Position numbers and translations under genes: made by a program. A DNA stretch of 64,000 bases from the NCBI GenBank assembly GCA_041645215.1, contig JBAZQK010000003.1:45723-109722 (forward strand). Direction: 5' to 3'. This document shows positions 56,849 through 64,000 of the stretch, piece after piece (position 1 is the first letter of the stretch; every line of letters starts with the position of its first letter). Origin of the DNA: Patescibacteria group bacterium. GTDB taxonomy: Bacteria > Patescibacteriota > Patescibacteriia > Veblenbacterales > UBA10138. Below the pieces are notes generated by a model. The model searched no databases. It was not told where the DNA came from and was given only the letters and a program-made list of their open reading frames with translations.

Positions 56849-56935
56849 TAATTATTATTGCCCATAAATAATGTTTAAATGTTCTTTTGTTCCAGTGCTT
56901 AAGTGATAAAGTGTTTAAGTGTTTAAGTGTTCCTT

Positions 56936-57310
56936 CTACTCTATCAACGATTTTACCTTAGCTACCACCTCCGACGGTAAAAAATGGGCCTTAATTAAGT
57001 AAGCCGCCGCGCCCAATTCATGGGCGCGAGCCACATCAGCTTGAATATGAGAGTTAGTAAGCATAATCACCGGAATGTTTTGAGTCAACACCTCGGCTTT
57101 AAGTTCGGCTAATACTGTAAAACCGTCTTTTTTAGGCAAACCAATATCCAGCAAGACCACGGCTGGCATTGCATCTTTTATCAAACTAACCGCCCGTTCA
57201 CCATCTTCCGCCACCTTAACCGTAAAACCCTCATTAGTAAGCTTAGTTTGGTACAATCGCCGTAAAAATTCATCATCCTCTACCAAAACTATAATTTTAT
57301 TGGTTGACAT
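56936..57310 (-). CDS. Stand-alone response regulator receiver
   Basis: LVEDD, LLDIGLPKKDG, VIMLTN, YLIK. Confidence 0.92.
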   Translation of the reverse strand: MSTNKIIVLVEDDEFLRRLYQTKLTNEGFTVKVAEDGERAVSLIKDAMPAVVLLDIGLPKKDGFTVLAELKAEVLTQNIPVIMLTNSHIQADVARAHELGAAAYLIKAHFLPSEVVAKVKSLIE

Positions 57311-57399
57311 ATAATATTGACTTTCAGGACCAGTCAGGATCAGAATGACGGAACGAAAAAGTCTTTATTTAGTGGCAAAGGCGTAAGTCCTAATAATAT

Positions 57400-59154
57400 T
57401 TAATCATTAGTGGCGGTTAATACCTCCTCCAAGGTTGTCAGACCTTGTAAAACCTTTAACAGTCCGTCTTGTTTCATTGATACCATTCCTTGACGATGCG
57501 CCTCGTCCCTGATCGCCTGGTAATTGGGCCCCACGGAAAGTATCGCCTGCAATTGAGGCGTATTAGCCAAAGATTCGGCAATCACGGTACGGCCGTGATA
57601 ACCGGTAAAGTCACAGCGATTACAGCCGGCGCCTCGTTTAAACACCCATTTGTCATTCAGGACCGTAGCTTTGACATCAGCCGGCAATAAATTTAACTCG
57701 GCTTTCATCTGGGCCAACAAATTGTCTGGCACTTTTACTTCCTGGGAGCAAAAACGGCAAACTTTTCGCACTAATCGCTGTGCGACCACAATATTGAGAG
57801 TTGACGCCAGCAGAAAAGGCTCAATATGCATATCAACCAAACGAGTTATGGCGCCAAAGGCATCATTAGTGTGCAGAGTGGACAACATAACATGTCCGGT
57901 TAAGGCGGCGTGAATGGCCAACTCGGCCGTTTCGGTATCACGAATTTCACCGACCAAAATGATATCCGGGTCCTGCCGTAAAATGGAACGCAACCCCGAC
58001 GCAAAAGTATAGCCGGCATCCGGATTGACCTGCGACTGGTTAACTCCCAACAAATAATATTCAATCGGGTCTTCCAAAGTAATAATATTGACGCCTTCCT
58101 CGTTCAAAATATTAAGCGCCGCGTACAAGGTGGTTGATTTACCCGAACCGGTCGGGCCGGTAACCAAAAACATCCCCTGCGCCTTTTTTAAACCTTCCTG
58201 AATCAATTTTAGGGTGTTGCCCCAAAAACCCAATTCTTCCAAAGTCTTAAGGCCGGTTGAAACATCCAAAATACGCATCACCACTTTCTCGCTGCTTAAC
58301 AGCGGCATCGTCGAGACCCGTAAATCAATCGGCCGACCCGACACGATAACTCTAATGCGTCCGTCCTGCGGCGTCCTGGTTTCATCAATTCTCATATTAG
58401 CCAAAATCTTAACGCGCGATATAATGGCGGAGTGGATGTAACGCGGCAAAACTATGGAAGTATGCAAAATGCCATCAACCCGGAAGCGGACCCGGCTATC
58501 CCCCTCCATTGGTTCAATATGAATATCCGAAGCGCCGCCTTCCACGGCGTGCCGTAAAATAACCGCCACCATCTTAGCCACCGGCGCCGCCTTTACCACC
58601 TCTTCCAGTTTGCCGGAATCTTCGCTCTCGGCGTCAGACGGCTGTAATTCATTTTTGCCCTGAAATTTATCCTCGGCCAGGGTTAGCGCCGCTTTAACCT
58701 CGCTTTTTAAACTGCCATAGCGTTTGATTCCATTAATGAAAGAATCCTGACTGGTAACAAAATAATGAACCTTCCAATTGTGCTCACGGGCGATAAATTC
58801 AATCGCCTCAATCGCCTTATAGTTGCCGGGGTTAACCAGCGCGACCGATACTTCCCTCTCGTTACGCTCAAACAAAACAATTTGATAATTCTCGGCAATC
58901 TCCTGCGGTATAAGTTTAATCACGTCCAACGGAATATTCCGGTCGGTCAAATCAACATAGGGCATATTATAAAGCTCGCTTTTGGCTGAATACAAGTCCT
59001 TACTGGCTATCAAGTCGCGTTTCAGCAAAATGTCTTCAAGCGGCTGACCAGCGGCTTGAGCTTCACGAACCAAAGACTTGGCCTGCTCCGAGCTAATTAA
59101 CTCACGGGCCAATAATATATCAATTAAGGTGGGGCTGTTTTTTCTTTTAGGCAT
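57400..59154 (-). CDS. pilB: Type IV pilus assembly ATPase
   Basis: ASDIHIEP, GPTGSGKSTT, LRQDPDIILVGEIRD, STLHTN. Confidence 0.95.
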   Translation of the reverse strand: MPKRKNSPTLIDILLARELISSEQAKSLVREAQAAGQPLEDILLKRDLIASKDLYSAKSELYNMPYVDLTDRNIPLDVIKLIPQEIAENYQIVLFERNEREVSVALVNPGNYKAIEAIEFIAREHNWKVHYFVTSQDSFINGIKRYGSLKSEVKAALTLAEDKFQGKNELQPSDAESEDSGKLEEVVKAAPVAKMVAVILRHAVEGGASDIHIEPMEGDSRVRFRVDGILHTSIVLPRYIHSAIISRVKILANMRIDETRTPQDGRIRVIVSGRPIDLRVSTMPLLSSEKVVMRILDVSTGLKTLEELGFWGNTLKLIQEGLKKAQGMFLVTGPTGSGKSTTLYAALNILNEEGVNIITLEDPIEYYLLGVNQSQVNPDAGYTFASGLRSILRQDPDIILVGEIRDTETAELAIHAALTGHVMLSTLHTNDAFGAITRLVDMHIEPFLLASTLNIVVAQRLVRKVCRFCSQEVKVPDNLLAQMKAELNLLPADVKATVLNDKWVFKRGAGCNRCDFTGYHGRTVIAESLANTPQLQAILSVGPNYQAIRDEAHRQGMVSMKQDGLLKVLQGLTTLEEVLTATND

Positions 59155-59171
59155 GAAGTGGTGCGAGTTCG

Positions 59172-59639
59172 TTATTGAATACCGGACGGCGTCAAAATGT
59201 GAAGACCGGCAGCCAAACCGGCAGTGGTACCTTCCAAATAAAAGGTCACCGTATAATTTGTGACGCTAGCCGCGGTCGTAAAAGCGTAATTGCAGACAGC
59301 CGAGCTGGAAGAAGTGCAGAGCGCGGTTCCTAAGGGGTCATTAAGGCCGCCAATGTTTATCATAAAATCAGCCAAACCGGCGGCCCCGGTACCGGTACAA
59401 GCCGACACCGCGGTGTCAATAGCCGCGCAGCCAGAAGGTTTATAACCAAGGGCGGGATTTTTATCATTAAATAATTCAATAGCGGTTTGCAACTGTTTCA
59501 TCTCGGCCACGCGTTTGGAATCACGAGATTTCTGCCGCGCCGCGTTTAAGGCCACGACCGCCAAAGTTGATAAAAGAGCAATGATAGATATGACTACCAA
59601 CAACTCCACTAACGTAAAACCTCTTTGTAATTTAGGCAT
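59172..59639 (-). CDS. Type IV pilin
   Basis: RGFTLVELLVVISIIALLS..SRDSKR. Confidence 0.9.
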   Translation of the reverse strand: MPKLQRGFTLVELLVVISIIALLSTLAVVALNAARQKSRDSKRVAEMKQLQTAIELFNDKNPALGYKPSGCAAIDTAVSACTGTGAAGLADFMINIGGLNDPLGTALCTSSSSAVCNYAFTTAASVTNYTVTFYLEGTTAGLAAGLHILTPSGIQ

Positions 59640-59666
59640 AGGGTTTAGATTAATTAAGTTAATAAA

Positions 59667-60017
59667 TTATTTTTTTTTAATGAGCGAATTCAAATTAACC
59701 AAGGGCTCAAACGGGTTAAGCCGGCCCAGTTCTTTGGTTCGCAGCGGCACTTCACCGAAAATTTGCAAATTCTTGAATTGCGGATTATCCAGCAAATCAG
59801 TGGGTAACTTAACGGTTGACCCCGCTACGGCATTGTTGCCGGCATTGGGCAGCGGCATTGAACCAACTTTGTTACCCAACCCGACCAGTGGCGGCGCCGG
59901 GAGCGGCTTAGATCCAAAATTCACATACAGCAACCCTCCTATTATAATCCAAACCAACGCAATCGTGCCAGACAAAATGGCAACTTTCTGGCGGCTTAAT
60001 TTTTTTCGGGCTAGCAT
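59667..60017 (-). CDS. Small pilus accessory membrane protein (PilP position)
   Basis: TM helix, GRLNPF motif, follows pilO. Confidence 0.6.
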   Translation of the reverse strand: MLARKKLSRQKVAILSGTIALVWIIIGGLLYVNFGSKPLPAPPLVGLGNKVGSMPLPNAGNNAVAGSTVKLPTDLLDNPQFKNLQIFGEVPLRTKELGRLNPFEPLVNLNSLIKKK

Positions 60018-60029
60018 AAAGCAACAATA

Positions 60030-60638
60030 TTAATTGGCCGGTAAATAAGGACTGGCTAAGTTTATAATATAACCTCGTCGGGACTCGCTGGCGCTGCCAC
60101 TGCCGTAATTAAAAGCCACCCCGGTGACCGAGAGTAAACGCAAACTATTCTCCACATCGGCGATGAAAGTTTTAAGTTGAGTGTAACTGCCACTGGCCAA
60201 CGTCAAATTAATATTCAACAGTTTCGGACCCCTGTCACGGGTAATTGCAGCGCCGCCGCTGATATCGCTATTGTTTACAAAGCTGATAGCCGCGATATCA
60301 ATCTGATTTTTTTTGGCAATCCCCTCCAACTGGGCGACTAAATTGGGCAAATCCTGCCCTACTGGCAAAGTTATTTTAAGCCGCTCCGTCTGGTCTTGAT
60401 TTACAAGCGATATTTGCTTATTAATCTCCGTCAGAGTCGCTATATCATTCTCCACCCGCTGACGCGGACCATTGAATGATTCCAGGGGAGGCACGACGGA
60501 CATTTTCTGCTCTAAGGGCCGCCAGACCGCCAGCCAGCCAAACAGCAAAATAACCAGAGCGCCGGCGCCCGCCAATAACCAACGCTGTTGGACCCAAAAA
60601 TTCAACCGGGGTGAGGAGTCATTGCGTGGTAAGGCCAT
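60030..60638 (-). CDS. pilO: PilO-like protein
   Basis: TM, coiled coil, LP...DLPNLVAQLE, GSYTQLKTFIADVENSLRL. Confidence 0.8.
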   Translation of the reverse strand: MALPRNDSSPRLNFWVQQRWLLAGAGALVILLFGWLAVWRPLEQKMSVVPPLESFNGPRQRVENDIATLTEINKQISLVNQDQTERLKITLPVGQDLPNLVAQLEGIAKKNQIDIAAISFVNNSDISGGAAITRDRGPKLLNINLTLASGSYTQLKTFIADVENSLRLLSVTGVAFNYGSGSASESRRGYIINLASPYLPAN

Positions 60639-60642
60639 AAAA

Positions 60643-61788
60643 TTATGGATTAACTGGCGCGGGATTAAAAATTACCGGTTTAAAAGTTAACGCTAGGGAA
60701 AAGGCCACGCCGGCCGCCTCACCGCCCGCGCCGCTAATCTGCTGCAAGTTGCTCACCTGAACATCCAAGACTTCGGGCGCCAACTCAAAGGCCCGCATCT
60801 GCCGCATAACCTCGGTATAATTTTCACCCCGGCCCTGCAAGGCCAACTTGCCCGAGCTGTCAGCGGCGAAGGAAGTAAAATAAACCGCTACGACTGAATT
60901 CTTTTCCAACCAATTAAATAAGGGCAACCAACTTTTCTTGACCGCTAACAAATCGCTGACCGTCTGCAACCTTGTACCCAACGACAGATTAGTTTCCGAC
61001 TGCTGGCGCAAATTTTCCAATTGCTGCTGCCGGGCATTAATGTCAGTTTGGGCTTTGTCAAAAGCTGACTGTCTTTGCAAAAGATAAAAATTAGACAGGC
61101 CATAAACCACTGCCACCGCCGCCAAACTGGCCAACCAAACCGCCGCCACCAACCGCTTGGCCGGACCTGATGGCTGAACCCGTTGACTAAACGGTATCAG
61201 GTTAACATCAACCAGCTCGCTGCCGGCGGCGCCGGCGGCGGCCGGCTGACTAAGTCCGGGCAAAACTGGCGGAATTGACAAAGTTGACCGACCAACTAAC
61301 TTAGGGAGCGAGCCATCAACTTTGGCAACTGCCTCCCCTTTAATTTTATCCGACGGAACGCCTTTGGCAACATAATGGTTCTGACTATTCTGGTAGGCCG
61401 GTATCGGTTCGGGTGATTTAAACGAGCCGTTAGCCTTATCACCCTCATTATCAGGGCGCGCGCCCAAGGCCGGGGCGGCCAAACTAGTTTTAATCGGCTC
61501 CACCGCCGCGGCCGCTGATTTAGCCGTTGCCACTACCTCCGCCTCTTTGGCGATTTTAGCGCTAGCTTGGTTGGTTGGGCCGAACACCGGTTGAATTGGC
61601 CTAGCTTTTTTAATCCACCGCTGGAGCAGCCTTTGCCACCACGTCAGCGCTTTACCGCCTGACGGCTCCACCGCCTTAAATTTCGGTTTTGAATACTCCG
61701 TAGGGGAGGCGGATGGTGTAATCGCCTGCTTTATTTTGCGCTCCCGTTCCCGCAAGTCATTGGGCAGTAAATTGATATCGTCAAACAT
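60643..61788 (-). CDS. pilN: PilN-like protein with long disordered N-terminal region
   Basis: INLLP / VNLIP motifs, TM, coiled coil, between pilM and pilO. Confidence 0.75.
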   Translation of the reverse strand: MFDDINLLPNDLRERERKIKQAITPSASPTEYSKPKFKAVEPSGGKALTWWQRLLQRWIKKARPIQPVFGPTNQASAKIAKEAEVVATAKSAAAAVEPIKTSLAAPALGARPDNEGDKANGSFKSPEPIPAYQNSQNHYVAKGVPSDKIKGEAVAKVDGSLPKLVGRSTLSIPPVLPGLSQPAAAGAAGSELVDVNLIPFSQRVQPSGPAKRLVAAVWLASLAAVAVVYGLSNFYLLQRQSAFDKAQTDINARQQQLENLRQQSETNLSLGTRLQTVSDLLAVKKSWLPLFNWLEKNSVVAVYFTSFAADSSGKLALQGRGENYTEVMRQMRAFELAPEVLDVQVSNLQQISGAGGEAAGVAFSLALTFKPVIFNPAPVNP

Positions 61789-61792
61789 AAAT

Positions 61793-62860
61793 TTAAATAA
61801 TTTCACGCATGGCTAAACCAATGGCGCTGGAAAATTGCGGACCAATTTCGTCAAGAATCGGCTTCATATCCAGCGGATAGCTTATCCGCGCCCAGGGATC
61901 GCCAATATAAACTCGCAACTGGAAAATGCTCTCCAAATAATCGGTCAAATGCGGTAAAAACGACGAACCGCCCGTCAAAATAATCTTTTCAATCCCGTGG
62001 GGCGACTGACCTTGATAAAGGTTAAAAGTATATTTAATTTCATTTATAATCGGCCCAATTGATGTTTCTATCGTCTGGGGAATACTGCCGCTGCCGCCGC
62101 TGGAAATATTTAAACCGATATCTCGCTTAAACTGCTCGGCGCGCTTAATATCTATGTTCAGACTGCGCGCGATAGCCTTGGTTAAGGTGAATCCGCCAAC
62201 ATCAATGCTTCGATTTAAAATCGGAATGCCCTGTTCAATCACGCAAATATCCGTTCCGACAGCTCCCAAATCAACAATCATTACATTGGTTTTGGCTCCG
62301 CCCAATAAACTTCTTTCCAAAGCAAAAGCCTCGGTTTCCAAACTCAACAAATCTAAGCCGGCGCGACGAAAAATATCCAAATATCTTTTTACCACATTCT
62401 GCGGCGCCGCCGTCAATAAAACTCGTATATTATTACTGTTAGTGTCGGCCTTATCGCCTTGTTCATCATTAAGAATTTTCCAATCTAAAGTCATCTCGTT
62501 GATTGGCAGGGGCACGAATTTGCGCGCCTCCCAAGCCACCGCTGAACCCAACTCTTTTTGCGACATTGCCGGCAAACTTATAACTGAACTAAAAACCACA
62601 AATGTCGGTAGGGCTGAAACCGTGCGCTTGGCCTTTATATTAGCTCTCTTAGCAACTTCCTTGATCGTCGCCACAATGCGGCCAATATCCTGTTCGGAAT
62701 CAACTTTCGTGAAATCCTTAGTATTTTCCGCCCGTCCGTAAGTTACCAGCCGCGGTGTGCGATTGGCCCCAGCTTCCAACTCCACCATTTTAATGCTGGC
62801 GGTGCCAATATCAACTCCCAAGTAGGATTTTTTTCTGCCCCATGAACTAAAAAAACTCAT
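61793..62860 (-). CDS. pilM: Type IV pilus assembly protein PilM
   Basis: GVDIGTASIKMVEL, VDLGA, ILTGGSS, AIGLAMR. Confidence 0.95.
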   Translation of the reverse strand: MSFFSSWGRKKSYLGVDIGTASIKMVELEAGANRTPRLVTYGRAENTKDFTKVDSEQDIGRIVATIKEVAKRANIKAKRTVSALPTFVVFSSVISLPAMSQKELGSAVAWEARKFVPLPINEMTLDWKILNDEQGDKADTNSNNIRVLLTAAPQNVVKRYLDIFRRAGLDLLSLETEAFALERSLLGGAKTNVMIVDLGAVGTDICVIEQGIPILNRSIDVGGFTLTKAIARSLNIDIKRAEQFKRDIGLNISSGGSGSIPQTIETSIGPIINEIKYTFNLYQGQSPHGIEKIILTGGSSFLPHLTDYLESIFQLRVYIGDPWARISYPLDMKPILDEIGPQFSSAIGLAMREII

Positions 62861-63067
62861 AAACGATTCGCAAATTTTTGTTTATAATTGATACCATTAA
62901 GCTTTATTATGAAACTTATCAACCAATATATTATAGCACAAAATAGTTTGTTAGTGAAGCTCTATAACGCCACCCCCGCCCAAGGTGGGCAGGCCGCGCT
63001 AAGTGGGGCAGGCCGCGTCCCGCCCCTTTTATACATCGTCTAGAGCATTCGGCAAGGGCTTTGTAAA

Positions 63068-63214
63068 CCCCGTTACACCCCGTCCTGAAGGACGGGGCAT
63101 TTTGGGGGAAGATTTTTAATTTCCCATTCACTCTGTTAGAAGTCTCCACCGGTGGTGGAGTATCCCGATAGCCATTGGGATTACTTCTAACGGGGCATTC
63201 TGGGTGTAACGGGG
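63068..63214. mobile_element. 147-bp MITE with nested elements
   Basis: 13-bp TIR CCCCGTTACACCC/GGGTGTAACGGGG, TAAA duplicated; nested GTTAGAAGT..ACTTCTAAC. Confidence 0.85.
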
Positions 63215-63218
63215 TAAA

Positions 63219-63998
63219 CTATGGTATGTTAAACAGCCAAGCCGGCAAGGTGCGCAACAAATTGGCAAAGCCCGGCGGAGTGTTAACAATTATTCGGCCA
63301 TCCATAATCACTTTTTCCGCTGGTTCATTATTGGCGCTATAAGTCCTTTGCCAGTTAATTTTCTTAGCAATCAATGGCCCATAAATATTTAACTGCCCGC
63401 TGCCGCTACCGGTGTCAAACATTCCGCCGCCCGACTGGTCGCCAGCGACATAAATCGCGCCGACGGTGCGGGCGACACTGCTGGCAACCGTAACGCTCCC
63501 CCGCACCAGCCAACCAACCGAGGCGATATTGCTAATACTGCCTTGATACGGCCCGGCCTCATAACTTGAATCAGCGTTAAAGGTTAAATTTCCGTCCACA
63601 ATTATAAGACCCGCTCCGCCCTGACTCCCCGAACCATTTTTAAATGTAATCGGCTCGTCAATATCTAAATTACCTTTAAAATAATAAACTCGCCGGTTTA
63701 GACGATCATTGCCGCCTTGATTTAGGCTGTCACTGGCCGCCGTCGTCTGCCCGAGAGAACCCCAGACCTTAACGGTGTAACCGTAAATGTCAGTATCCCC
63801 GTTGGCTACCAGCGAACCGTTGGCTTTATGAATTAAACTGTAATAATCAAAGGTTCCATCCTGCGGCCGGTCGGATGTGGAAATAGTGGGATAAGGCACT
63901 GCCCCAAAATTTGGCCTGATGTAATCCACTTGCGGCGCGATAAAATTCTCTATTACTTTTAATTGCGTGTTGGTGCCGCCGCCTAAAATTAAATACTG
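63219..63998 (-). CDS. C-terminal part of a beta-rich pilus-associated protein (extends beyond window)
   Basis: Frame open to the window edge; GLIIVDGNL, AEKVIMDGRIIVNTPPGF. Confidence 0.7.
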   Translation of the reverse strand, partial: QYLILGGGTNTQLKVIENFIAPQVDYIRPNFGAVPYPTISTSDRPQDGTFDYYSLIHKANGSLVANGDTDIYGYTVKVWGSLGQTTAASDSLNQGGNDRLNRRVYYFKGNLDIDEPITFKNGSGSQGGAGLIIVDGNLTFNADSSYEAGPYQGSISNIASVGWLVRGSVTVASSVARTVGAIYVAGDQSGGGMFDTGSGSGQLNIYGPLIAKKINWQRTYSANNEPAEKVIMDGRIIVNTPPGFANLLRTLPAWLFNIP

Positions 63999-64000
63999 GC

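Overview
The window looks like a Patescibacteria/CPR (Parcubacteria-like) chromosome segment in genetic code 11, with most genes on the minus strand. The taxonomy is inferred from gene content, leaderless genes and CPR-type proteins. The housekeeping backbone is a Clp-type ATPase (partial), recO, ileS, argS, infC-rpmI-rplT, smpB with tmRNA, tRNA-Asp, lgt, two dsbA, dedA, gatCA and ligA. A large type IV pilus locus (pilM/N/O, pilins, pilB, degenerate pilT, pilC, pilD, minor pilins) occupies about 40.7-64 kb. Two features stand out. (1) A ~9 kb island inside the pilus locus holds three Fic genes and two toxin-antitoxin pairs arranged as cassettes, each bounded by overlapping ~45-50 bp direct repeats, with no integrase nearby; a phage-tail-fibre-like secreted protein follows. 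(2) A dense, nested set of small palindromic/MITE-like elements shows visible target-site duplications. Several sit in frame inside ileS, recO, gatC and a pilX-like leader; the same 75-bp element, stop-free in all six frames, is read in two different frames within ileS. Also notable: a TrpR-like gene between two perfect palindromes, a beta-barrel-like secreted protein behind a structured leader, a lycopene cyclase plus geranylgeranyl reductase pair, and a UvrD-DEDDh fusion. All calls come from reading the sequence by eye; no searches were run.
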